Below are positions 1 to 13,706 of a stretch of 64,000 bases of DNA, in pieces. Position 1 is the stretch's first letter; each line of letters begins with the position of its first letter. The DNA comes from Mobula hypostoma (Eukaryota). The notes beneath the pieces are model-generated. The model saw nothing but the letters and a program-made list of their open reading frames with translations, did no database searches and was not told the DNA's origin. The position numbers were made by a program, and so were the translations under genes. The DNA is taken from NCBI RefSeq assembly GCF_963921235.1, contig NC_086097.1, forward strand, positions 188,978,001 to 189,042,000, read 5' to 3'.

Positions 1-294
1 AACTGCCATCCCGGCAGTTGGACTTCACTATAGATGTCATCTGTCCAATCCACCAGAGCTGACTTCACACGCTAGTACAGGCATATCCGTATCTCGCCAG
101 GGCATAAGGTCACCGGCTACCTTCACCTGGTTCAGCCCATCTGTCGAAGCGGTGTACCGGCGTGTGGCCACTACCACATGCAAACAGCTAATTGGAGCCA
201 CAGGTTCAAGCTCAGTGAATTAGCTGCCCCAGAATGAAAACGACAAGCCCCTTACCCAGGGGTTCTACCTCTCCCTGAACATCCCATACACCCC
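1..294 (-). mobile_element. 5' UTR of an RTE-clade retroposon (continues beyond the window start), beginning with an HDV-like ribozyme fold
   Basis: GC-rich non-coding block resembling RTE 5' UTRs (family from recall). Minus strand starts GGGGUGU at 294 and shows the P1/P2/P3/GG/CUGA layout. Confidence 0.55.
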
Positions 295-1005
295 GAGTTG
301 TTATTTAAATTATTTTAAAAGATTAATGAACAAATAAACCATTGCCTACAGTCACAAAACTGAGATTTAGAGTAAATATGCTAAAGTTCAGAGAAGAACC
401 ATTTAGAATTTGAATATAAATCTGTTTTATCATTAAAAGGGTAGGTAAGAATCTGGCAGTGTCTCTTCTGAAAATACACTGGGTTAATTACAATTTTCAG
501 CACTTAATTGTTAGATGAGTGTCAAAGGTTATGAAATAAAGGTGGGTGAATAAAACTGAGGTAGAAATCATGAAGAATGTGGGAGAAAACTAAAGGACTG
601 ATCGATCTTTGACTGTTTCAGTGATTCTCAGGAGTTCATAAGCTATCATGATTCATAGGCTGATTCCAATCAGCCTACGTTTGTACGTCTTTCTAAGCAC
701 TACACAGCCGAAGTATCAAAGTTACATCAGCTGATCAAAGGAATGTGATGCATTCTGACACAGCTAGTGCTTGTTCTGCTGAATAAGGAAGCAGATATAT
801 CTTTAATATTGAGTCATACAGCATTTAATGTTTGTTTTAAAATCTTGAACTTTGTCACGAGGAGGATTGATTTTAAAGGCAAAGTGAATTTTGATCTATA
901 TTTCTTACACTCTTATCTGTTGTGATATTTTTTTGTGCCAAATGAATCATACGGATATGTATCGGTGCTCCTGATGGTGCTTAAAATCAAACTCAATGTA
1001 AAATT

Positions 1006-1550
1006 TCTGGTACCACATCAGAACTAGAAGTTATATAAGATGTTGATGAAGCCTAATTTGGTGTATTGTATACAGTTCTGATTATGTACCTAACAGGATA
1101 TCAATAAGATTGAAACAATACAGAGAATATTTACAAGGATTTTGCCAGAACATGAGGATCTGAGTTATAGAGAAAGGTTAATTGGGTTAAGACTTTATTT
1201 CCTGGAGCATAGGAAAATGAGGGGAGATTTGATAGAGGTATACAAAATTATGTGGGGAATAAGTAGGGTGGAATGCAAGCAGACACTTTCTACTGAGGTT
1301 GGATGAGACAAACTAGAGGTTGGAGGTTAAGGTTGAAAGGTGAAATATTTAAGGGAACCTGTGGGTGTTGAGAGAGTGGAACAAGCTGCCAGTGGAAGTG
1401 GTGGATACGAGTTCAATTTCAAGATTTAAGAGAAATTTGCCTAGATACATGAATGGGAGTGGTGTGAGTCGATTGGAGTTGACTGTTGTAGTTTAGCATG
1501 GAGTATGTGGGCCAAAGGGCTTGTTTCTGTACTGTAGTTCTCTATGACTC
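1006..1550 (+). mobile_element. Degenerate CR1 LINE 3' fragment
   Basis: Decayed CR1 ORF2 C-terminus (atgaggggagatttgatagaggtatacaaaat) and 3' UTR ending gggccaaagggc...ttctctatgactc. Confidence 0.85.
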
Positions 1551-2324
1551 CCACTGAACTTAAAAGGATTGGCTTTGCAAAATGGAATATTGCTACACTT
1601 TCTAGCCAATAGTATGAACAGTTTTTGGAATTTATTATCCTTCTCTTTCCATGTTTTTGAAGATTTTTGCTGCACCAAAAATAAGCTTAACAATTGGAAT
1701 AATTCTCCCTTAGTTGTATTTCAAAACTTCACATGTTTCATAAAATAAATTGACTGACGATAAAGTCCTTGAACATTCCAAGGCTTTTGATGAATCAGGG
1801 TCATACCTCTGGGCTGTTACTAGAGAAGCAAGGCAACTCCTGTGTGGCAATGCAGGGGATTTTCACCAGAAATACAACTGAACAAGAATAGTACACAACT
1901 AGAAAGTTAATAAATTGTTATGTTTGCTTTAGCCATTGCAACATTTGGTAAATATTTTAACTGAATGCTGCAATTGTGAGTAAAACACCAAATATCATAA
2001 TTTATATTTTTAAAAAAACATTTCTTGTAGAATGCATTTATTGATAAACCCAACTAATTCACGGCTCCCCCAGCCTCTTGCCAAGTCTCAGTCTGTTCTG
2101 ATCCACATCTCTCCATTTTGAAAACCTCTATTTAGACCCTGTAATCCATTTGAAAATATTTCCTTCTTGCTGGGAGATTAAGGTGGAATGTGCGTGTCTG
2201 TTCAACAGGTCAACCTAAGCTGAATGGTAGATGGAAGTTCATTACTTCCACTCACACTATAAGCAAATTTGAACAAAAACTAGCTGTATGGTACCATTAT
2301 GATTTTTTGTTGCTATTTCTGTTA

Positions 2325-2815
2325 TAGACTCATAGAATAATATTGCACAGAAACAGAGCTTTTGGTCCAACTGGTATATGCCGGCCAAAGCATCCTCCCT
2401 ATTAGACCTACTTGCCTGTGTTCAGCTCATAACCCTCCGAACCCCACCTCTCCATGTATCTATCCAAATGCCGCTTAAATGTTACAAATGAGCCTGCCTT
2501 GACAACTTCCTCTGGCAGCTCATTCCAGCTACTCACGATCCTCTCTGTGCAAAAGTTACCTCTCAGGTCTCTTTTAAATCTCTCCCCTCTTACTTTGTAT
2601 CTGTGCTCTCTAGTTTTGGATTCTCCAGCCCTAGAGAAAAGATTGTGTCTGTCAGCCTTATCCATACTCGTCATGACTTTATAGACTTTTATGAGGGCAC
2701 CTCTCATTCTTCTGCACTCCAAGGAATAAAAATCTACCATGAGCAATGTCTCTCTTTAACTGAGATCCTCTTGTCCAGGTTGTATCTTTGTAAATCTCTG
2801 CATGCTCTCCAGCAC
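2325..2815 (-). mobile_element. CR1 LINE 3' fragment
   Basis: ORF 2408..2746 RRMRGALIKVYK...ERIVSSWNELPEEVV is the CR1 ORF2 C-terminus. Confidence 0.9.
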
Positions 2816-2839
2816 ATTTTTTTTTTCCCCTTTCAATGT

Positions 2840-5800
2840 GCAGCATGATGGCTGATTTAAAAAAAAAGGTAAAAAATGAACAAAATTCATGGGTTTATAA
2901 ACAGTGAGTTCTGGGTGATAATAATCATCAATAAATAAAGCAGCAATGGCTGGCCACATTGATAACGGGATATTGCCTACTGAATGAATTGAGCAGTATT
3001 TTGAAGCAAATGAAATAACCAATGAAAAGCAGCTGCCAGTTTTTCCTGAGTGCATTGGGTGGAAAAGCAATGTAGAAATTTCACTGCTCCAACCAAAGCA
3101 GCTGAAATAAGATTTGCAGACAGTGTCAAAGTAATACAAGAATATTTAGAACTGAAACCATTGTTAATTGCTGAACACTTTAGGTTTCATAAATGGAATC
3201 AAGAGGAAAGGGGGTCCATTACAACTTATGTGGCTGAATTAAAGAGGTTGTCTCAGCATTGCCAGTTCACTAATGGGCTTAATGGTGCACTGAAAAATCG
3301 TTTAGTTTGTGGAATCTTACAAGGAAGCGTTCAAAAAAAGCTCCTAACTGAAGCACAACTCACATTTAAAAGGTGGAATTAATTGAAGATGAATTAGATA
3401 CTGGCTCAACTGTTGCAGTCATTCCATAAAATGAGATTGAATGGCATTTCAAAGATACTGAATTGAAGTCTGCAGATATCCAACTAAGAACTTATACTGG
3501 AGAAAAGATAATTCCTGTGGGGATGACATTTGTAGCAGTGAAATATAACATCCAACAAGTCACATTGGGCTTGTATGTGGTAAAAACAGGAGGGCCAGCA
3601 TTACAGAACATAGAATAGTACACCACAGTACAGGCCCTTCGGCCCACAATGTTGTGCCGACCCTTAATCCCTGCCTCCCATATAAGCCCCCACCTTAGAT
3701 TCCTCCATATACCTGTCTAATAGTCTCTTAAATTTCACTAGTGTATCTGCCTCCACCGCTGTCTCAGGCAGTGCATTCCACGCACCAACCACTCTCTGAG
3801 TAAAAAACCTTCCTCTAATATCCCCCTTAAACTTCCCACCCCTGAATTGAAAGCCATGTCCTCTTGTATTGAGCAGTGATGCACTGGGGAAGAGGTGCTG
3901 GCTGTCCACTCTATCTATTCCTTCTAATATCTTGTATACCTCTAGCATGTCTCCTCTCATTCTCCACTCTAGAGAGTAAAGCCCTAGCTCCCTTCATCTC
4001 TGATCATAATGGCTAACAGCATCCTGGTAAATCTCCTCTGTACCCCTTCCAATGCTTTCACATCCTTCCTATAGTGAGGCGATCAGAACTAGACACAGTA
4101 CTCCAAGTGTGGCCTAACCAGAGTTTTATAGAGCTGCATCATTGCATCGTGACTCTTAAACTCTATCCCTCAACTTATGAAAGCCAACACCCCATAAGTT
4201 TTCTTAACTACCCTATCTACCTGTGAGGCAACTTTCAGGGATCTGTGGACGTGTAGCCCCAGATCCCTCTGCTCCTCCACACTACCAAGTATCCTGCCAT
4301 TTACTTTGTACTCTGCCTTGGAGCTTGTCCTTCCAAAGTGTACCACCTCACACTTCTCCGGGTTGAACTCCATCTGCCACTTCTCAGCCCACTTCTGCAT
4401 CTTATCAATGTCTCTCTGTAATCTTCGACAATCCTCTACACTATCTACAACATCACCAACCTTTGTGTCATCTGCAAACTTGCCAACCCACCCTTCTACC
4501 CCAACATCCAGGTCGTTAATAAAAATCACGAAAAGTAGAGGTCCCCGAACAGATCCTTGTGGGGCATCACTAATCACAACCCTCCAATCCAAATGTACTC
4601 CCTCCACCATGACCCTCTGCTTTCTGCAGGCAAGCCAATTCTGAATCCACCTGGCCAAACTTCCCTGGATCCCATGCCTTCTGACTTTCTGAATAACCCT
4701 TTGTGGAACCTTGTCAAATGCCTTACTAAAATCCATGTAGGTCACATCCACTGCACTACAACTCATCTATATGCCTGGTCACCTCCTCAAAGAACTCTAT
4801 CAGGCTTGTTAGACACGATCTTCCCTTTACAAAGCCATGCTGACTGTCCATGATCAGACCATTCTCTAAATGCCCATAGATCTTATCTCTAAGAATCTTT
4901 TCCAACAGCTTTCCCACCACAGACATAAGGCACACTGGTCTATCCCTACTACCTTTTTTGAACAAGGGGACAACATTTTCCTCCCTCCAATCCTCCAGTA
5001 CCATTTCCGTGGACAACAAGGACAGCCTGGCGAATATTCAGCCATGCCCCGGGGACTTATCCATCCTAATGTATTTACATCTCCTCTCCCTTAATATCAA
5101 CATGCCCCAGAACATCAACCTCACTCATATTGTCCCCACCATCATCAAATTCCCTCTCATTGGTGAATACCATATTCATTGAGGACCTGCTCACTTCCAC
5201 AGCCTCTGGGTACATCTTCCCACCTTTCACTCTAATCAGTCCTATCTTCAGTCCTGTCATCCTTTTGTTCTTCACATAATTGAAAAATGCCTTGAGGTTT
5301 TCCTTTTCCCTGCTCGCCAAGGCCTTCACATGCCCCCTTCTTGCTCTCCTCAGCCCCTTCTTAAGCTCCTTTCTTGCTACCCTATATTCCTCAATTGACC
5401 CATCTGATCCTTGCTTCCTAAACCTGATGTATGATGCCTTCTTCCACCTGACTAGATTTTCCACCTCACTTGTCACCCATGGTGCCTTCACCCTACCATT
5501 CTTTATCTTCCTCACCGGGGCAAATTTATTCCTAACATCCTGCAAGAGATCCCTAAACATCGACCACATGTCCGTAGTACATTTCCCTGAAAAAACATCA
5601 TCTCAATTCATGCCTGCAAGTTCTAGCCTTATAGCCTCATAATTTGCCCTTCCCCAATTAAAAAATTTCCTGTCATCTCTGATTCTATCCTTTTCCATGA
5701 TAATGTTAAAGGCCAGGGAGTGGTGGTCATTGTCCCCCAGATGCTCACCCACTGAGAGATCTGTGACCTGACCCGGTTCATTACCTAGTACTAGATCTAG

Positions 5801-7255
5801 TATGGCATTCCCCCTAGTTGGCCTGTCAACATACTGTGACAGGAATTGGTCCTGGACACACTTAACAAACTCTGCCCTATCTAAACCATTGGAACTAATC
5901 AGGTGCCAATGAATATTAGGGAAGTTAAAGTCACCCATGATAACAACCCTGTTATTTTTGCACCTTTCCAAAATCTGTCTCCCAATCTGCTCCTCGGTAT
6001 CTCTGCTGCTACCAGGGGGCCTATAGAATTCTCCCAATAGAGTAACTGCTCCCTTCCTGTTCCTGACTTCTACCCATACTGACTCAAAAGAGGATCCTGC
6101 TACATTACCCACCCTTTCTGTAGCTGTAATAGTATCCCTGATCAGTAATGCCACCCCTCCTCCCCTTTTCCCATCTCTCTATCCCTTTTAAAGCACTGAA
6201 ATCCAGGAATATTGAGAATTCATTCCTGCCATTGTGTCATGAATGGCTGAGACAACTACAATTTTATTGGACACCATTCCACTATTTGCATGCCACATTC
6301 CCTGCAAAAGAATCAATTAAAAGCAAAATTTAAAAAGGCATTAGATGGCAGTGTTCAAAGATGGCATTGGAAAACACAAACGTATCATGGGTAAAATATT
6401 GTAAAATGAAAATGCCACTCCCAAATTTTACAGAGCCAATTCAGTTTCTTATATCATATTCTTATAAGGTAGCCAGTGAGCTAGATTGCATGGAGGCTGA
6501 AGGAGTTCTTTCCAAAGTTGAGTTGAGTCCATGGTGTGTAACACCATTAGCTCTAGTAGCCGAGAAAAATAGGTTGGTCAGAGGAAAAATGTGCTGAGAA
6601 AATTCAAGCAGTGGTGGATTTTCCAAGACCAAATGATATGTCACAGTTGCATTCCTTTATAGAATTTGTCAATTATTTTAACAGGTTTCTGCCGAACCTG
6701 GCTGCTGTGCTTCATTCCTTGAACTCATTACAACAGATCGGGAAGAAATGGCAAAGGACAAAGCAGTGTGAGGTGGCTTTCCAAAAGTCAAAGGAAGTGG
6801 TGACATCAGACACTGTACTCACACATTGTGATTCACATCATCCAGTGAAGCTCCCCTGTGACACCCCACCTTATAATACAGATGCAGTCATGTCCCATGT
6901 TCTGAGTGATGGAGCTGAATGCCCATAGACTTTGCATTATTTTCCCTTACTGCTACAGAGAAAAATTATGCACAGATTGACAGAGAGGCCTTGAGTCAGC
7001 TTTGGGGTTAGAACATTTCAACTAATATTTGTATAGGAGAGAGTTTACCCTCGTAACTGATCATCAAAGACAAGTGTCCATTTTCAGTCCACAGAAGGGT
7101 GTTCCACTAACATCAGCAACTCAATGGCAAAGCTGGGCTCTGTGTCTTGGAGGACGCAATTGCAAAATCAAATTCAAGAGGACAGCTGATTGTGGAAATG
7201 CTGATGGATTCCTGTTTACTCTTGGAAAAGGAAATACCTTAAAATTTACAAAAGA
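2840..7255 (+). mobile_element. Decayed Ty3/Gypsy LTR retrotransposon internal region (gag, protease, RT/RNase H pieces), interrupted by a CR1
   Basis: Gag-like KPLLIAEHFRFHKWNQ...YVAELKRLSQHCQF (3050..3382); protease motif region ttagatactggctca near 3395; RT/RNase H pieces FVNYFNRFLPNLAAVLHSL, YAQIDREAL and REFTLVTDH (6611-7250). Confidence 0.85.
3603..6229 (-). mobile_element. 5'-truncated CR1 LINE (APE endonuclease C-half plus RT) inserted in the Gypsy element
   Basis: ORFs 5603..6154 (YRPPG, MGDFNFP, PTRGNAILDLVL), 5075..5569, 4170..4766 (DFSKAFDKVP, KFADDTK) and 3664..3960. Flanked by CATT at 3599-3602 and 6230-6233. Confidence 0.95.
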
Positions 7256-7259
7256 GGCC

Positions 7260-7470
7260 ACAGAGAGTGGTGGGTGCATGGAATGCACTGCTGATGACGA
7301 GGCTGATACAATAGAGTCTTTTAAGAAACTCTTAGGTAGATACATGGAGCTTAGAAAAACAGAGGGCTATGCGGTAGGAAAATTCTAGGCAGTTTCTAGA
7401 GTAGGTTACATGGTCGGTACAACATTGTGGGCTGAAGGGCCTGTAATATGCTGTAATTTTCTCTGTTCTA
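7260..7470 (+). mobile_element. CR1 3' end fragment
   Basis: cagagagtggtgggtgcatggaatgcactg...gggctgaagggcctgt...ttctctgttcta; same family as 26585-27015. Confidence 0.8.
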
Positions 7471-7589
7471 TATGATTCTGTTGAGTTTCTTGTATTTACT
7501 GAGATTGCCCACAAGAAAATGAATCTCAGGGTTGTGGGGTATATGGTGACATATATGTACTTTGTTAATAAATTATCAATAAATGTCAC

Positions 7590-8125
7590 TCAAGAGTCTT
7601 GCAAAGGTCTGTAGCTGTACCGTGGAGCATTCTAACTGGTTGCATCACCGTTTGGTATAGAGGGGCCACTGCAGGATCAGAAAAAGCCACAGGAGGTTGT
7701 AAATTCAGCCAGCTCCATCATGGGCACTAGCCTTCCCAGCATCTTGGACATCTTCAAAAAGCAATCTTCAAAACAAAAAAGGCTGCATCCATCATTAAGC
7801 ACCTGCTTTACCTAGAACATGCCCTCTCCTCTTTGCTACCATCAAGGAGGATGTACAAGAGCCTGAAGACACACACTCAATATTTTGGGAACAGCTTCTT
7901 CCCTGCCACCATCAGATTTCTGAATGGACAATGAATCCACTTCCATTACCTCACTATTTATGTATTTATTGTTGACTTTTTGCACTACCTATTTAATTTA
8001 ATACAATATTTTGTATAGCAATTTATAGTTTTTTAAAGAATTATGTATTACACTGTACTGCTGCTGCAAAACAGCAAATTTCATGACTTATACCAGTGAT
8101 GTTAAACCTGACTTTGATCCTGATT
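7590..8125 (+). mobile_element. Rex1/Babar-like LINE 3' fragment
   Basis: Decayed [11 protein letters not shown]...SLLPSRRMYKSLKTHT...NSFFP coding sequence, 3' UTR and ctga-type tail. Confidence 0.75.
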
Positions 8126-8279
8126 CCCACCATGGGAAGTATCTGTCATGTCACACTGTGGCAAGAAGATATTATCCCCACCATCCTGGTCATGCCATCG
8201 CACAGGAGTTAAAAATATCTATCGTGCCACACTACTTGGTGCATGACCAGCTACTTTACTTCAACCATTCAGTTCATGA

Positions 8280-8854
8280 GTGAGAGAATGAAGCCTCTGT
8301 CAGTCAGGGCTGAGCATGGATGTTGCACCCTAGCTGTCCAGATATGCAAGTTTGGGAAATACGATACGGAGAGCAGGCTCTTGCCTATGTAGCAAGCTTG
8401 CCCTTTCCGTGCATCTGATCAGCCCAAAGAAATAGCAGAGACTGATACAGTTTGGCACCAGCACCATTGCAAAAGTTGCCAGTCAGCAGTGAACTCAATG
8501 TAGGACTGGCAAGAACTCCAAGTCTGGATTTTACCTTCGGGGCTTACTCCCAAAGCCTGCCCCATAAGTGAGATCAGAGTTTTCCTTCTCCTAGATGAGC
8601 TGCCCACTACAGCTAATGGGTGCCATCTGCCCAAAGCAACTGGTTTTAAGGCGCTAGTAACCCACCGTTACCCCTTCTCCTGTCAGAAGAAATAGTTCCA
8701 CAGGGCAGAGTAGCTACAGTAAGCCACATGTGAAGGCCTGGAGCTGGACTTGATAGGCAGAGGCTACTTGAAGTGTACGCTTTTGTGAGCATTTAATAGG
8801 TAGCGGGGGCTTGCCCTCATTACTACAGCTGGCTAATAACAACCTTAAAGAACC
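8280..8854 (-). mobile_element. Non-autonomous RTE-like retroposon with HDV-like 5' end (copy 1)
   Basis: Colinear with 33916-34503. Diverged TSD attcagttcatga (8267-8279) / attcagctcttga (8856-8868). Confidence 0.75.
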
Positions 8855-9874
8855 AATTCAGCTCTTGAATCATCCTCACAACAGTAATCACTACTTCAGT
8901 CTAGCAACACAATGACCATTTAGTACTATAATGCATTTTGTTGGGTCTGTTCTAACTGTGTTCTTCCTTGTATAATTTCTACTTATTTATGAATTAAATC
9001 TATTTATTTAACCTTGTTTTTAACTAACATCTTTTGTCTTTTATTTTCATATTTGTACTTTATCCCCCTGTAAAGCACTTTGAACTACATCGACTGTATG
9101 AAAACTACTCAATAAGTTATTATTATTACAGCCATTATTATTTCATACGATTTATGTTCAATTCATGTTTTTCTCTTGAATATTGTGTCTTTGATACTAC
9201 GAGCCTGTAATGCTACTGCAAGTAAGTTTTTCCTTGCACTTCTGCACATGGCAATAAACTCAAAAGTCCAGTTAAGCGGAAGAATAGGAATCCAGTAGCT
9301 CACCCAATGAGCTCTAAGAAATTTTCTGTGTTGGGATGACTACATGTTCTGATGTAATGTATGATATTGATTTGTTTACATACAAAACAGCAATATGACC
9401 AATTATATTACCACAGGTAGTTTTATTTTTTTAATCTGATAATAATATAAAGTGAATTAATTAACTTCCATCCCAATGGTTAATCTATAATTTGAAGAAT
9501 ATTGAAATCTATAATTTTTTGTTGAGCTGGGTTGAATTAGTTTTCTTTCCAACAAGACATGCCAATTGAGAGAGTTAATTAGAATATCAATTAAGAATTT
9601 CTTGATCTAAGATGTGAAAGTACTCAGACTATGGATCAAAAATGTAGGTATATAGGAAATAAATGAGAAATCTAACAGAACAGAAACAAGGTTAAACAGT
9701 CCCCCCCCCCCCAACCCACAGAGTCCTGAGTATGTGAAATGACAGAAGAAAGGGAAAAAATGGAAAGAGTTGCAGGACATTCTATAGCATTTGAAAAGCA
9801 GTTAAGTTTTCTGAGAATGGATGCTGTTCTTTGGTGGGAGAGCAGGAGGTCATTTTGTATACAAAAGATCTCAG

Positions 9875-10285
9875 GTTGCAATAAGTAAACAGGCTGAGAA
9901 GACAAATATTAAACATGACACCAGGATTAAAATTGTGATGGAGTTGTTTTACCAGGTTAAAACATAGATCTGAAGTGTCTAATGCCATTTGGCATACATT
10001 TAAGGAAAGAGGGGGTAAGTTCAAAGGAGATGCGAGAGGCAAGTTTTTTTTTAATACAGAATGGTGGGTGCCTGGAATGCGCCACCTGGGGTGGTGGTAA
10101 AAGCAGATACATTAGAGACTTTTAAGAGACATTTAGATAGGCACATGAACATGAGGAAAATGGAAGGATGTGAACATTGTGTAGGCAGAAGAGGTTGGTT
10201 TAGTTAGCCACTTGATTACTAATTTAATTGGTTCGGTATAATACTATGGGCCAAGCGGCCTGTTCCTGTACTGCTCTATGTTCTA
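9875..10285 (+). mobile_element. CR1 3' fragment
   Basis: cagaatggtgggtgcctggaatgc...gggccaagcggcctgttcctgtactg. Confidence 0.8.
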
Positions 10286-11249
10286 CACACTTCAATCGAC
10301 AGCTAGTATTGTGGTCTAACAGATCATACAGTACATAATGTCCTTAACAATTATTTGTCCTTTATGAAGGCACTGAAACAATTTACTGCAGTCAGTGTAC
10401 CATCTGCTATTCAAAATCAAGAATATGGCAGTGGAACCAAATCGAGATAGTTGCGGCAGTGATCAAAAAGCAGAAAACACTGGAAATGGCAACATCTACA
10501 GAAAAGGAAATAGAAAATGTTTTAAATTGTTGACTTGTCACTAGAACCATTTTTATTTCTCATTTACAGGATTTTATATGTATTGTTTTTTCAGAAGTTT
10601 TTATTAATAATTATATGGTAAGAAATAAAAGAAACTTCAATCATCAGGATAAAATTAACAAGTTGAATGATCTGCTTACCAAAATAAATGACAACTAATA
10701 ATCAATATTAAAGACTCTCTTAACAAGGAGGTGAAATTTTATTCCCACTTATGCAGTTAATAAATCTAAATCCAAACATTTAAAATATCTTCTATAGCTA
10801 AGCACATACTTAATCACCTTTATAAAATGTTAAACAATGTTCATTAATTTTTTTTTGTTGATGTGGGATTGCTCTGGTATCTTTTGGATTGTATGTTAAA
10901 CTTGGGTCCTGTCTATTTCATTGAACAGATTTGAAAGACCTCATGGCATTATTCATAGAAGAGCAAGAAATCTCTCCTGGTATCTTCAGCTAATGTATCT
11001 ACATAAATTATCTGCCCACTTATTGCACTATGTTCATTAAGTAGGGAGTAGCTTGATAGAGTGCCTGAAGTTTATTACCAACACTCATTAAAATACTTTT
11101 CTGACTTTCAAGCAGGATATTCAGATACTGCAGTTTCCATTAATTTACCGACACTTTTGTGGTAAAAATTCAAACTTGATTGCATATGCTAACACGCTCA
11201 GACAGGAAAATGTAGTGGGGGGGGCGGGGGGGGGGTAGATTCTAACAAA

Positions 11250-12485
11250 GTGTTCGGAAGGCAAGGAGGGAACAAAAAGTATCATGAAGACTAACTACAA
11301 ATATTCCAAAGCATTTTATTACTATTAAAAGGGCAAAGGAAATAGGAAAAAATTCAGGTCCATAAAGGACAAAGAAGTAATCTGTGCATGAAGCCAGAAG
11401 GTTTTGATAAGCTCTTAAATGAATGCTTCTCAACTGTATTCACTCAGGAGAACAACACAGATGGAGAATTCAGAGAGGAGACAGTAGAATTCCAGAACAA
11501 GTAATCATTAAAAAATGAGGAGGATCAGATATCTGAAAAATCATAAAGGTGGCTAAATCCCTAGGGCCCAATGAGAGGCATCCCTGGCTGCCATGGATAG
11601 CAAGGGAAAAAATTTCAGGGACCCTATTAGAGGTTTTAAATCTTCTTCGGCCATTGCTGATATACCAGATGATTGAAGGGCAAATTTTATTACTTTTATT
11701 CAGGACAAGCAGCCAAGATAAGCCAAGTAATTACATAACAGGGTCTATCAGCAGTTTTAGTGAGGTCCTCAGGAATAACTCTGATGAGCAGAATCACGCT
11801 ACATGGAAAGGCGGGAATTAATCAAAGATGGACAGTGTGACTGAGTGAATTGTTTGAACAAGAAACAATGTAAATTGGTGAGGGGAATGTGATTGATGGT
11901 GCTTACATGGACATCATGAAGACCTTTCATAAGGACCCACATGGGAGATTGGCCCAAAAGATTAAAGTCTGGGAGATTCAGGGCAAATTGACAAATTCGA
12001 TCTAAAACTGGTTGAATGACAGCGGGATTGAAAGTCTGTAACTAGTGGTTATCCACAAGGATTGATGCGGGGTGCATACAGTTTGTTACATATATCAATG
12101 ATTTTAATATGTTACAGGTGGTATGATTTGTAATTTTGCATATAGCACAAAAGTTAGTTGATAGTGAGGAAGCTATTGTTAAGTAATAGAGCGATATTAA
12201 TGAGTTAATATAATAGCAGAAAAATGGCAGCTGGAACTTAACTTTGATTTGTGCAAGTTGACACATTTTGGGAGACCTTTATTAGTCAGGGTATAGAATA
12301 TTAGAGTAAGGAGGTTATGGTGTAACTTGATAAAACATTGATTTCGCCACATGAGTAATGTGTGTACTTCCAATCACTACACTATAGGAAGGATACAATT
12401 GCACTGGAAAGGACACAGACAAGATTCACCAGGATATTGATTGGAATAGAGTGTTTCAGTTATGAGGAGAAGCTGGATAGGCTGG
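11250..12485 (+). mobile_element. Old, heavily decayed CR1 ORF2 fragment
   Basis: Remnants of KSLGP/HP (11549..), YMD..K.F.K.PH.RL, and YRKDTIALERTQTRFTRIL (12362..). Confidence 0.75.
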
Positions 12486-12486
12486 G

Positions 12487-13250
12487 TTCAAAGTTCAAAG
12501 TAAATTTACTATTGAAGTACCTATATGTCACCATATACTGTACAACCCTAAGATTCATTTTCTCTAGGGCATTCACTGTAAATACAAAGAAACACAATAT
12601 AATCAATACAAAACTGCACACACCAAAGATGAACAACTATGCGCAGAAGACAACAAATTGTGCAAATACCAAAAAAAAAGATAATAATGAATATTGATAA
12701 CATGAATTTTAGAGTCCTTGAAAGTAAGTCCATCGGCTGTGGAATCAGTTAAGTGTTGGGGTGAGAGAAGTTAACCCTTCTGGTTCAAGTACCTGATGGT
12801 TGAGGGATAACAACTGTTCTTGAACCTTGTGGTACAGGGCCTGAGGCTCCCGATGGCAGCAGTGAGAAGCGAGCAAGGCCTGGGTGGTGGGGGTCCTTGA
12901 TAATGGAAGCTACTTTCTTGCAACAGCTCTCCTTGTTGATGTGCTCAATAGCTGGGAGAGCTTTACCTGTGATGGATTGTGCTGTATTCATTAGTTTTTG
13001 TCGGCTTTTCTGTTCAAAGGCATCAGTGTCCCATACCAAGCTGTGATGCAACCAGTCAGTATGCTCTCCACCATGCTTCTATAGAAGTTTGTCAACGTTT
13101 TTCATGACATGCCGAATCTTCACAAACTCCTAAGAAAGTAGAGATGCAGTCATACCTTCTTTGTAATGGCACTTATGTGGTGGATGCAGTACAGATGCTC
13201 TGCAATGATATTGCTGAGGAATTTAAAGTTGATGACCCTCTCCAACTCTA
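12487..13250 (-). mobile_element. Rex1/Babar-like LINE 3' fragment with associated 3' UTR
   Basis: ORF 12785..13051 AQSITGKALPAIEHI...SIIKDPHHPG..FSLLPSG. Confidence 0.75.
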
Positions 13251-13605
13251 ATAGAGATCTGACTGAGGTTCAGACGATTATGAGATATAGAGTAAATATC
13301 TTTCACCAAGAGTTGAAATGTATAATACAGAAAGCATGCATTGAAAGTGAGAGGGTCATTTTGAAGGAGATGTGAGGTTCAAGTTTTTTCACAGAGAGTG
13401 GTGGATGCCAGGAACGCACTGCCTGGGATGGAGGTGGATACAGAAACATTAGCGACTCTTAAGAGACTTGTAGATAGGCACAAGAATGTGAGGGAAATGG
13501 AAAGAAACAGAGATTGTGTAGGCAAAAGAAATTAGTTTAGTTAGCCAGTTGATTACTAATTTAGTTGGTTCAGCACAACATTGTGGGCCAAAGGGCTTGT
13601 TCAAG
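13250..13605 (+). mobile_element. CR1 3' fragment
   Basis: ttttcacagagagtggtggatgccaggaac...gtgggccaaagggcttgttc. Confidence 0.75.
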
Positions 13606-13706
13606 ACAAATCATGAAAAAGTGGGTGGGAAATTGGTTTCTCATCAGGTGTGAATGGAACATAAAAATTCCAGCTCTTATCATCCTTACTAGTTGACTAA
13701 CATAAT

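Noticed and set aside
11216..11235. G-run as a functional G-quadruplex
   Set aside because: A simple homopolymer tract at a TE boundary with nothing else supporting function.
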